The notes beneath the pieces were generated by a model, which saw only the letters and a list, made by a program, of their open reading frames with translations, did no database searches and had not been told where the DNA came from. Positions 1-7,701 of a stretch of 15,909 nt of DNA are shown here, piece after piece. The position numbers and the translations under genes were made by a program. Position 1 is the stretch's first letter; each line of letters opens with the position of its first letter. The stretch is from Archangiaceae bacterium (GTDB lineage Bacteria > Myxococcota > Myxococcia > Myxococcales > Myxococcaceae): NCBI GenBank assembly GCA_043750125.1, contig JAYVCD010000237.1, positions 1-15,909 of the forward strand, written 5' to 3'.

Positions 1-101
1 CCGTTGATCCCGAGAGCAGTCGGTCCGTTGATCCCGAGAGCAGTCGGTCCGTTGATCCCGAGAGCAGTCGGTCCGTTGATCCCGAGAGCAGTCGAGGGAC
101 G
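1..101 (+). repeat. Head-to-tail 24-bp tandem repeat (CCGTTGATCCCGAGAGCAGTCGGT) ending in a REP-like imperfect palindrome
   Basis: Exact copies at 1-24, 25-48 and 49-72. A fourth copy at 73-94 continues as AGGGACG, giving CCGTTGATCCCGAGAGCAGTCGAGGGACG with a TCCC/GGGA stem. There are no spacers. The array may extend left of the window. Confidence 0.9.
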
Positions 102-1068
102 CTCGTTTTTCTTTGGCGTGCTGCTGCTGCTCACCCTGCTTCCGGCGGCCGCCTTTGCGCAGCGCGAGACGACGCGCGACTCGCTGGACCGGCTGGAAGA
201 AACGCTGACCCTGCGGCTCGAGGCAGGCACCGGGCTGGTGATCAAAGACCTCGTTCCGGCGATCGTCGTCAGCGTCAACCCGGCGTTCGAAGAGACGAAG
301 GCCTGGTTTCCCACTGCCGCGCTCGCCACCCTGGTTCGGGTCTTCGGAGCCGCGGGCCTTCGCTCGTGCGAGGCGTGCCGCGCTCCCCGGCTGTACATGG
401 CCGACGGAAAGATCGAGCACATCACCACCAACCTCGGCACTCCTGAGATTACCCGCCTGGACGACATGGTCCGGGGGAAGGGAGCCCCGGCGCGGACGGC
501 GATCTGGTTGGACGAGACGGCCGAAGGCGTGAGCATCCGGATCATCGACCTGCGCAACAGCCGGATCGTGATGGCCGAGAACTTCGACCCTTCGCTGACC
601 GAGCCGGCGCAAACCGAGAAGAACCTGGCGCTCGCCCGCGAGCTCGACCGGCGCGCGCGGGGCAACAGCATCACCCAGGCCTTCGTCGACGTGACCGTCT
701 TCCCCAATCAGCACATCTCGTTCGATTGGGCCGAGCAGTGGGGCGACAACAACACCAACCTCTCGGGCTTTACGATTTCAATCCTGGATCCGGTGGTGGG
801 CGTCGGCGGCTCGTACTACCGGGTGCTCCCGTTCGCCTTCAACCTGATGGTCGGAGCGAAGGTGCTGCTCAGCGTACCGACCGGGTTGGTGCGCGCTCTG
901 AGCCCGAACTCAGGCAACGTCATCGACCCGCTGCTGACCGGAGTCTTCGTGGTTCGGTTTCCGTTCGGCCGTTCGAACTACGGAATCGCGCTGACCGTGT
1001 CGACCAACGGGAAGGTCGGACTTGGATTGTCCTTGTTGAACATCTCTTTGCTGCCCTTCTTGCCATGA
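4..1068 (+). CDS. Exported protein with a CsgG/FlgO/LpoB-like periplasmic domain and a C-terminal outer-membrane beta-strand region; start uncertain (TTG at 4, 28, 52 or 76, or upstream of the window)
   Basis: The frame is open from position 1. Signal peptide FFFGVLLLLTLLPAAAFA-Q; CEAC motif; VSIRIIDLRNSRIVMA strand pattern typical of CsgG/TolB-N-like folds. The C-terminal third consists of alternating amphipathic strands (VGVGGSYY, LMVGAKVLL, YGIALTVST, VGLGLSL). The stop overlaps the next start (ATGA 1065-1068). Confidence 0.7.
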   Translation: MIPRAVGPLIPRAVGPLIPRAVGPLIPRAVEGRSFFFGVLLLLTLLPAAAFAQRETTRDSLDRLEETLTLRLEAGTGLVIKDLVPAIVVSVNPAFEETKAWFPTAALATLVRVFGAAGLRSCEACRAPRLYMADGKIEHITTNLGTPEITRLDDMVRGKGAPARTAIWLDETAEGVSIRIIDLRNSRIVMAENFDPSLTEPAQTEKNLALARELDRRARGNSITQAFVDVTVFPNQHISFDWAEQWGDNNTNLSGFTISILDPVVGVGGSYYRVLPFAFNLMVGAKVLLSVPTGLVRALSPNSGNVIDPLLTGVFVVRFPFGRSNYGIALTVSTNGKVGLGLSLLNISLLPFLP

Positions 1069-1694
1069 ACCGAACCCTGCTCATCTGTCTTGCCTTGTGC
1101 AGTGGTTGCGCTGCTCGCAACTACACCTACTACCTGATTGAACCGGCGCCGACGAAGCACCCGGCGCTGAAGGAAGAAGGCACGTTGACCCGCCCGTTCG
1201 GCTTCGGCTCGACGACCGCGATGAAGGTCCGCTGGAACGACGGGAACCTGATCACCGAGGTCGACATTCCGATGCTCGCGACCGGGCAGCGCATCGTGGT
1301 CGAGCACGGTGCGGGCAGCCGCGATGTGAAGACCATTCCTCCCACCCGCGTCGTCGCTCCGCCCCCGACGGCCGCCGACGCGTCGCTGATCGAGGCCTAC
1401 CGTGCGCGAGGCTTGCGGGTCGATGACACCGCGCCCGAAGTCAGCATCAGCCGGGCCCGAACGCTGATGCAGGAAGCCACCAAGACCGGCAACTATTCGC
1501 TCGCGCTCGAGTGGTGCGAGACGGTGTTGCAGCGGTACAAATCGCACCCGGAATTCTTGCGCGCGAAGGCCTCGCTGCTGTTGATGATGGGGGAACGCGA
1601 CAAGGCGATCGAGGTCTACGAGCAGGTCGAGACGATCGAAAGCGATCCCACGGTGCGCAAGAAGCTCGAAGAACTCCAAAAGCAGCAAAAGTAA
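1065..1694 (+). CDS. Lipoprotein with C-terminal TPR-like helices (209 aa)
   Basis: ATG 1065 overlaps the upstream TGA. MNRTLLICLALCSG-C lipobox. The segment ARTLMQEATKTGNYSLALEWCETVL...FLRAKASLLLMMGERDKAIEVYEQV fits TPR consensus. The track start at 726 is an upstream overextension. Confidence 0.8.
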   Translation: MNRTLLICLALCSGCAARNYTYYLIEPAPTKHPALKEEGTLTRPFGFGSTTAMKVRWNDGNLITEVDIPMLATGQRIVVEHGAGSRDVKTIPPTRVVAPPPTAADASLIEAYRARGLRVDDTAPEVSISRARTLMQEATKTGNYSLALEWCETVLQRYKSHPEFLRAKASLLLMMGERDKAIEVYEQVETIESDPTVRKKLEELQKQQK

Positions 1695-1708
1695 AAGGGA
1701 AACCAACA

Positions 1709-2419
1709 ATGCAAATCATCGGATTCATCTTGTTGGGCTTTGTCGTCTGGCTCGGCTTCTCGGACCGCGGCGACGCGACCGTCATTTCGGCATTCGACGG
1801 CCACGCGCTGACCATGGTGCTCGCGGGCTCGATCGCCGCAGTGTTGATCAGCTCGAGCAGCACCACTGCGCTGCGCACGCTGCTGTGCCTGCGAGAGTTC
1901 ATTCCCGGCCTGCGGTTGATCGGCAAGGCGACGAAGGAAATGGAAACCGAGCGCGACCAGCTGTACGCGATGTGGCGCGAAGGCAAGCGCAGCGGGGCGC
2001 TGTCGATCGCCGAGAAGAGCCGCTTTCCCGCGGTGAAGCAGATGGTCGATCTCATTCTCAACCGGTCTCCCGAGGTCGCCAGCGCGAAGGTCTTCCTCGA
2101 GCTGCGCCACGAAGAGCTGCTGCGGTGGCAGCCGGCGGTCAACAACTGGGAAATGCTCTCGAAGCTCGGCCCTGCGATGGGCATGGTCGGGACCATCACC
2201 GGCATGATCCAGATGTTCCGCAACATGAGCGCGGACAACCTGAACATCGGCGCCTCGATGTCGCTGGCGCTGCTGGCCACCCTGTACGGGGTCGCGTTCG
2301 GCGCGGGCATGGCCGGGCCGATCGGCCACTTCCTCAACGGACTGCTCGACGAGCGGCTGGGCTTTCTCGAGCGGTGCGAGAAGAGCGTCAACGAGCTCGT
2401 CGCCCGTGGCGGAGCGTGA
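1709..2419 (+). CDS. motA: MotA/PomA-type stator A subunit (236 aa)
   Basis: ATG 1709 follows AAAAGGGA. Two N-terminal hydrophobic segments, a cytoplasmic loop (WREGKRSGALSIAE...VKQMVDLIL), then GPAMGMVGTITGMIQM and MSLALLATLYGVAFGAGMAGPIG, the MotA/PomA TM3-TM4 signature. Confidence 0.9.
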   Translation: MQIIGFILLGFVVWLGFSDRGDATVISAFDGHALTMVLAGSIAAVLISSSSTTALRTLLCLREFIPGLRLIGKATKEMETERDQLYAMWREGKRSGALSIAEKSRFPAVKQMVDLILNRSPEVASAKVFLELRHEELLRWQPAVNNWEMLSKLGPAMGMVGTITGMIQMFRNMSADNLNIGASMSLALLATLYGVAFGAGMAGPIGHFLNGLLDERLGFLERCEKSVNELVARGGA

Positions 2420-2422
2420 TCC

Positions 2423-3040
2423 GTGCAACGGCGCGCGAAGGGACATGAAGAGAGTTGGCTGCTCAGTTACGCAGACCTGATCACCAACCTGCTGCTGTTC
2501 TTCGTCGTGCTGCTCAGCGCGGCGCAGCTGAACAAGAGCCGAATGCAGCAGATCGTCAAGAGCATCTCGGGCGCTGAACAGCCGGCGAGCCTCGAGTCGA
2601 TTCGAAAAGAAATCGACGCGCAGATCGCGAAGAAGGAACTGCAGCAGCTGGTGCAGACCACGCTGACCGCCGAAGGGCTCGAGCTGTCGTTGAATTCCGG
2701 GCTGGTGTTCGATTCGGGGAAGGCCGTCATCCGTTCCGAGTTCGACAAGACCGTCACCTCGATGCTGCAGGTCCTGGTCCCGTACTCGACGAAGTACAAC
2801 TTCGCCGTCGAGGGCCACACCGACCCGACTCCGATGCTCAGCGGCGGCAGCAACTGGGATCTTTCCAGCGGTCGCGCGATCGTCGTTCGCCAGCGACTGG
2901 AAGACATCGGCATCGTGCGCACCCGCATTCGGGTCGAGGGTTACGCGGACACCAAGCCGCTGCCCGAAGAGCAACTCAAGGGGCTTTCCCCCGAAGAACG
3001 CCTGGCCCGGCATCGCCGCGTCGTCGTGAGGATCTACTGA
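2423..3040 (+). CDS. motB: MotB/PomB-type stator B subunit with OmpA-like peptidoglycan-binding domain (205 aa)
   Basis: GTG start after GGAG. WLLSYADLITNLLLFFVVLL carries the essential Asp (D18). A plug-like amphipathic helix follows (KSRMQQIVKSI). OmpA_C motifs VEGHTD, NWDLSSGRA, GYADTKP and RHRRV are present. Confidence 0.92.
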   Translation: MQRRAKGHEESWLLSYADLITNLLLFFVVLLSAAQLNKSRMQQIVKSISGAEQPASLESIRKEIDAQIAKKELQQLVQTTLTAEGLELSLNSGLVFDSGKAVIRSEFDKTVTSMLQVLVPYSTKYNFAVEGHTDPTPMLSGGSNWDLSSGRAIVVRQRLEDIGIVRTRIRVEGYADTKPLPEEQLKGLSPEERLARHRRVVVRIY

Positions 3041-4890
3041 TGAGACCTTCAATTTTTCTGCAGTCGCTGATCTTGCTGTTCGCGCTGCCGCTGAGCGCCG
3101 GCGCCCAGTCGACCGCGATTCCGGTGCCTGAGAAGCACATTCCCGGTCCGGTGCTGATGGACCTTCGCGCGCTCGAGAGTCAGTTTGATCTCTTCTTGAG
3201 CCGCGACTGCGCCCCCGAGCGGTGCGTCTCGAAGGGCTGTACCTACCGGGACCACGCGGTGGTGGATCTTCCCCGCGGCTCTTCCCTTCCCGGGCTGGGC
3301 CAGAACGAAGGGCTCGGCGCGGTCGCTCCTCAGGAATACCTGACCCAGGCGCGGTGCGAGTTCGCCCACGAGAAATCGATTTCCGCCAAGGACGTTCAGG
3401 CGTTGGTGAAGCGGCTCGAACAGCGGCTGTCGAAAGGCTGGCTGCAGGTCACCGTCAGCCGCCAGGTGCTGGAGCCGATTTCGCCTGCGCTGGCGATTTC
3501 GCCCCCGCAACTTCCCGACCCCGCGCTGGCGGCGAAGGTCGAGCCCCCGCCTGCCCTCGCCCCCCCTCCGGCCAAGTGGGAATGGGACGTAGCGCTGCGC
3601 GAGCTGTGGGTCGGGTTGCTGCCGCACTTCTCGTGGATGATTGCCCTGCTGTTGGGCACCCTGGCGACGCTGGCCATCATCTGGGGCGGCCGCCGCCTGG
3701 GCCGCGAATCGCTGGAAGAGAAGGCGATGCTGGCGCAGCTGGCCGCAGGGGACACCCAGGAAAAGAAAGAAGAGCCCGCGCTGGCGGTGATTCCGCTTCC
3801 CACCGAAGGCGAAGATCAGCTGAAGCTTGCGGGCACGAACGAAGAGCAGGGGTTCATCACCGAGCAACAGCGGTTGTGGAACGAGCGCATCGCCCAGACC
3901 GAGCTGGGCAAGGACGAAGGCGGAGTGGTCGAGCTGCTTCGCGCCTGGCTCAAGGCCGGTGAGTTTGCCTATCTGGCGAAGGCGATCTTCGTCTTCGGAG
4001 AACGGCTCTCGCTGGCGTTCTCTTCCGACGGGCAGCTGGCGGTGCGGAAGGTCGAATTTGCCGAGTACCTCAAGGATCTCGATGAGAAGCAGCTGCCGAC
4101 CGACGCCGAATTCTTCCGGGTGCTCAACCACCACGCGATTTCGTCCTCGCTGCTCGCGCAGTCGGACGCAGAGAGCTACCGCAGCCTTCGCGAAGAGTTT
4201 GGGGCCGACGGGCTGGCCCACCTGATCGAGAGCCTGCCGGCACGAAATGGAGCGCTGCTGTTCGCGATGGTGCCTTCCGATTGCCAGCACGAAGTGTCGC
4301 GCGCGCTGTCCCAGGACCTGCGGTTGCAGGTGGCCACCCAGCTGCTGGTGTCGAACCGGATCAGCAATGAAGAGCGACAGCACCTGTTCGAGACGCTCGA
4401 CAACGCGCGGGCGGGGCTGCCTTTGCAGATGCCGGCCGAGAGCAGCTCGCACGAGATCATGGACCGCGGGCGCGAGTTTGACGCCGCCGGGGCCTTGTCC
4501 GTTCTGTGCTCGCACCTGGATCCCGAGGACCGGAAAGCGGTCTTCACCCGGGCGCTCAACCGCGCCAGCGGCACCCACCCGTTCTGGTACGAAGAGATTC
4601 TCTACCCCGACATGCTGTTGAAGCTGCCGACCGAGTTGCAGGCAGACCTGCTGCTCGAGGTCGACATTCGGGCGCTGGCGGGTTGGACCTCGATGCAATC
4701 GGCGGCCTGGCAGGAAGGGTTCCTCTCACGCCTTTCGCCCACGCTGAACAACGCGATGCGGGCCAACCTCGGGGTCGGCTCGCGCGCCAATCAACTGCAG
4801 CAGGCGCGACGCGGGCACTCCGAGCTGGTCAGCGGGGTGAAGAAGCTGGTCGCGCGCGGCAAGGTCTCGTTCGCCCAGATCCTCGCGTAA
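3040..4890 (+). CDS. Putative FliF-FliG-like fusion rotor protein: signal peptide, RBM-like periplasmic domain, Pro-rich linker, TM helix, FliG-M/C-like cytoplasmic region (616 aa)
   Basis: TGATG coupling to motB. N-terminal signal peptide (LILLFALPLSAGA-Q) and TM at about 3631-3690. The C-terminal ~225 aa align nearly gap-free by eye with FliG-M and FliG-C (LLLEVD vs LLQEVD, EGFLSRLS vs EKFLRNMS, VKKLVARGKVSF vs VRRLAETGEMVI; reference recalled from memory). Confidence 0.75.
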   Translation: MRPSIFLQSLILLFALPLSAGAQSTAIPVPEKHIPGPVLMDLRALESQFDLFLSRDCAPERCVSKGCTYRDHAVVDLPRGSSLPGLGQNEGLGAVAPQEYLTQARCEFAHEKSISAKDVQALVKRLEQRLSKGWLQVTVSRQVLEPISPALAISPPQLPDPALAAKVEPPPALAPPPAKWEWDVALRELWVGLLPHFSWMIALLLGTLATLAIIWGGRRLGRESLEEKAMLAQLAAGDTQEKKEEPALAVIPLPTEGEDQLKLAGTNEEQGFITEQQRLWNERIAQTELGKDEGGVVELLRAWLKAGEFAYLAKAIFVFGERLSLAFSSDGQLAVRKVEFAEYLKDLDEKQLPTDAEFFRVLNHHAISSSLLAQSDAESYRSLREEFGADGLAHLIESLPARNGALLFAMVPSDCQHEVSRALSQDLRLQVATQLLVSNRISNEERQHLFETLDNARAGLPLQMPAESSSHEIMDRGREFDAAGALSVLCSHLDPEDRKAVFTRALNRASGTHPFWYEEILYPDMLLKLPTELQADLLLEVDIRALAGWTSMQSAAWQEGFLSRLSPTLNNAMRANLGVGSRANQLQQARRGHSELVSGVKKLVARGKVSFAQILA

Positions 4891-6884
4891 TGAAGACCTT
4901 CGGCCCGCTGGGAATGCTCCTCGTGCTCTGCGCCTGCAACAAGGTGCCGATCATCGACATCCACGCGGGCTTTGCTCTGGCCGATGCCACCTGGTTCGAG
5001 GACGAGCAGACGCTGTTCATCTTCTACAAGGTCAATGCCGAGCAGGGGCTGGGGCCCGACAGCCAGATTGAAGTCACCTGGCGCACCGACGACGTAGAAG
5101 TTCCGTGGACGGCGGTCGAGACCTTGACCCCGATTCACACCCACATTCCGGTCGACTGCGGTCCGCACACGATGTGCGGCAGCACCAGCCTCAAGATCCA
5201 AAGGGTGCCGAGGCTGGTCGGGGTTCGGCTTCGCTATCACAAGGAAGGCTCGGTCTTCCTCACCGCCCCGGTCACCTACAACATCATCGGCACCGGCCCC
5301 GCGTTCACCCACCGCAGCCTGATCGTCTACGGGGTCTTCGAGCGGGCCAACAACACGGTGCAGTGGCGCGCGCGTCACCAGTTTCCCACCCTGCGCAACG
5401 AGGACGTGCAGGGCCTGGGGTTGCTGCGGGACTTCCGGATTACGGATCCGCGGTACGGCTCTGTCGTCGCACCGATGGGCAACCCTTACGGCTACGCGTC
5501 CGCGGCCACCTGCCCCACCACCCTGACCGCCTTGAGCTGGGGGCCGGTCGCGACCAATGGGCGGGCGATCTTCGATGTGAACAAGCTGCCGCTGGAAGCC
5601 TCGACCGCCCCCGGAATCTGCGCGCAGTCGGTGGTGACCGACGCGAAGGGCACGTTCGAGGCGGTGGCGATTGCGCGCAAGAATCCCGATGTCCACCCGG
5701 CTTTCCCGGTGTTGCGCACTCCGATTCGCGCCAATACCGAGGTGGGGTTTCTGCTTCGGCCGTGCATGCGGGAAATTTCGAAGGTCCACCTGTCGATGCA
5801 GGTGCAGCGGTTGATGCTCGAGGGCGCTCCGGAAATCTGCATCGACGACTTCAAGAACCCGGCGTTTGCCGATTCTCTCGCGGCGAGGCTTCGGTTGAAG
5901 ATCGACGAAGTGCGCGCCGCGGGAAAGGACATGGTCCTCACGCTCGCGCTGCACCACGACGATTCCAAAGGAGAGCTGGGCCTCGCGGTCGAGAAGGCGC
6001 TCGAGCAGATTCTTCCCTTCGAGCGGGACAAGACTTCGCCGCGGGTCAGTGGGGCGTTCGTCTTCGACAGTCTGAAGTACGCGATCGTGAGCCCGACGAT
6101 GCGCTCGCTGGTGCTGTGGTGCCCAGCGAGCATCGATGCGGTCGACCTCGACAAGATCCCCGATGAGGCCCAGCGCTCGTGTCCCCTGGTGCCCGATTTT
6201 CCGGACCTGAAGCTCGGGCCCTTCAAGTTCAGCAACCTGCCGATCCTCCCCAGTCGGCCGCAGTACCTGACCTTCATCGCAAAATATTCCGAAGCGCAGG
6301 CCGGGAAGATGCTCGAGCTGGGCTTCCTTGCTCCAGAGCGAACGCCGATTTCACAGAACGTTCAGCTCGGCGAATTTGGGGTGGCGAGCTTCTTCAACAA
6401 TGAGCGGCTCACGGCCGCGCCCACCGACGCCTTCTCGTTCTGCGCCGGCGGCGACCCGCTGTCCTCGAACGTCGTGTTTCGCAGCGCGTCCTTTCCGGCG
6501 CCGCAGCCGATTTCGAGCCTGCCGGAATTTCACAAGTTCGCTCCGGCGAGCGCGTACGAAATTGGCTTGTTCTGGAATTTCCCTTTCCTGTTGAAGGCGA
6601 AATACGAGTTCGTGGTCGCAGGCGCGGCGACCGCATTCTCAGTCACGGTTCCGTTCGGGATCACCGACGTGGCCCATAAAAATTACGCCAGCGAGCTGTG
6701 GACCGCCGCCGAGTTCCCGGTGGCGAAGACGCTCGGGCAGTGCACCCGCTACTGCGATCACCCGACCTTCGACACGGGCGGGGTCTACAACGTCGCCGCG
6801 ACGTATCGCGAGGCGTTCGCCGCCCAGTGCTACGACCCGCTGTACCCGACGCCCGCGGACGGACCCTTTCCCCGTGATCCGTAG
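4890..6884 (+). CDS. Large Cys-rich lipoprotein of unknown function (664 aa)
   Basis: TAATG coupling at 4888-4892. MKTFGPLGMLLVLCA-C lipobox. Multiple Cys, some closely paired (CGPHTMC, CTRYC). The track start at 4506 is an overextension. Confidence 0.75.
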   Translation: MKTFGPLGMLLVLCACNKVPIIDIHAGFALADATWFEDEQTLFIFYKVNAEQGLGPDSQIEVTWRTDDVEVPWTAVETLTPIHTHIPVDCGPHTMCGSTSLKIQRVPRLVGVRLRYHKEGSVFLTAPVTYNIIGTGPAFTHRSLIVYGVFERANNTVQWRARHQFPTLRNEDVQGLGLLRDFRITDPRYGSVVAPMGNPYGYASAATCPTTLTALSWGPVATNGRAIFDVNKLPLEASTAPGICAQSVVTDAKGTFEAVAIARKNPDVHPAFPVLRTPIRANTEVGFLLRPCMREISKVHLSMQVQRLMLEGAPEICIDDFKNPAFADSLAARLRLKIDEVRAAGKDMVLTLALHHDDSKGELGLAVEKALEQILPFERDKTSPRVSGAFVFDSLKYAIVSPTMRSLVLWCPASIDAVDLDKIPDEAQRSCPLVPDFPDLKLGPFKFSNLPILPSRPQYLTFIAKYSEAQAGKMLELGFLAPERTPISQNVQLGEFGVASFFNNERLTAAPTDAFSFCAGGDPLSSNVVFRSASFPAPQPISSLPEFHKFAPASAYEIGLFWNFPFLLKAKYEFVVAGAATAFSVTVPFGITDVAHKNYASELWTAAEFPVAKTLGQCTRYCDHPTFDTGGVYNVAATYREAFAAQCYDPLYPTPADGPFPRDP

Positions 6885-7701
6885 CGTTCTGCTCGCAGTG
6901 GTCCTGGCCCTGCCGCCGGCATTTGCCGCCGACGGCCCCCGCGTGCCCCAGGCTCAGCCGCCGCCCGAAGGGAAGCTCGCACCGAAGCAGGAAGACACGA
7001 GCATCGAGCGGTACCGGACCCCGTTCCAGGTGCTCAGTGAAAGCACGATTGGGCTCGCGTCCCGGGCGGTGCTCTTCGATTGGCGCAAGAGCACCGTCGC
7101 GGCGGGTTTGACCACCGGAGCCCTGCTCGAATTGAACAATTTCTACAGCACCCGGCTGGGCGGCTTCGTGCGGATGCCGGTCGGCAATCTGACCGCTGAG
7201 CTGGCCGTGACCCGGGTGTTCACCTGGGGCAGCGACAGCTCGGAAAAACTGTCGCTGACCCCGTATCGCCAGTCGGGGCGTCCGAGCCGCATCGAGCTCG
7301 AGGTGAACCTGGCCTACGCGTTGTTGGAAGGAGTGGGAACCCCGCGGCTGGGACTGCTGCCCAGCGCCGAGCTGGTGTTCTCGATCGACGTAGGGTTTCG
7401 GTACCTCTACTACCCGGGCGCATTGGGGAAGGCGAACGCCGGCCAGGTGGTCGAGGCGATCTTCGCTGCCAAGATTTCTGAGCGCGAGCTCGACTACCTC
7501 GAGCGCGAGCGACTTCCCGGAATGCAGATCGACGCGGGCCGGTACGGCTTGCTGGCCGGGTTTGCCCTGGACCTCTACTTCCGCACCGGGATCTTCCTCG
7601 AGCCGAAGGTGATGCTCGCGATTCCGGTTCTCTCAGGCCTCAGTGGCTCGCGGCTCGGGTGGTGGTGGGAATTGTCGATGGCGCTGGGCGTGTCGTTGTG
7701 A
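6874..7701 (+). CDS. Putative small outer-membrane beta-barrel protein (275 aa)
   Basis: Signal peptide VLLAVVLALPPAFA-A. Amphipathic strands TRLGGFVRM, TAELAVTRV, IELEVNLAY, FSIDVGFRY, LAGFALDLYF, IFLEPKVML and a terminal strand WWWELSMALGVSL. 11-nt overlap with the previous gene. Confidence 0.7.
   Translation: MIRSVLLAVVLALPPAFAADGPRVPQAQPPPEGKLAPKQEDTSIERYRTPFQVLSESTIGLASRAVLFDWRKSTVAAGLTTGALLELNNFYSTRLGGFVRMPVGNLTAELAVTRVFTWGSDSSEKLSLTPYRQSGRPSRIELEVNLAYALLEGVGTPRLGLLPSAELVFSIDVGFRYLYYPGALGKANAGQVVEAIFAAKISERELDYLERERLPGMQIDAGRYGLLAGFALDLYFRTGIFLEPKVMLAIPVLSGLSGSRLGWWWELSMALGVSL

Noticed and set aside
1-96. CRISPR array
   Set aside because: The 24-bp units are directly adjacent with no unique spacers, and there are no cas genes in the window.
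726-1064. Upstream extensions of track ORFs (starts 726, 1511, 4506, 7659, 9479)
   Set aside because: They overlap the preceding genes. Signal peptides, lipoboxes and stop/start coupling identify the downstream starts.
1709-3040. Zorya ZorAB anti-phage system
   Set aside because: The A subunit is only 236 aa with no long cytoplasmic tail, and no ZorC/D/E-like helicase or nuclease genes follow.
1709-3040. TolQR/ExbBD/AglRQS motor
   Set aside because: The B subunit has the MotB W..YAD motif, a plug and an OmpA-like domain, not an ExbD/TolR periplasmic domain.
1616-5957. Long antisense ORFs (1616-3052, 3049-4698, 4791-5957; likewise 8091-9431 and 13900-15486)
   Set aside because: These are shadow frames expected from high-GC codon bias. 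They mirror well-supported sense genes and have no family motifs.
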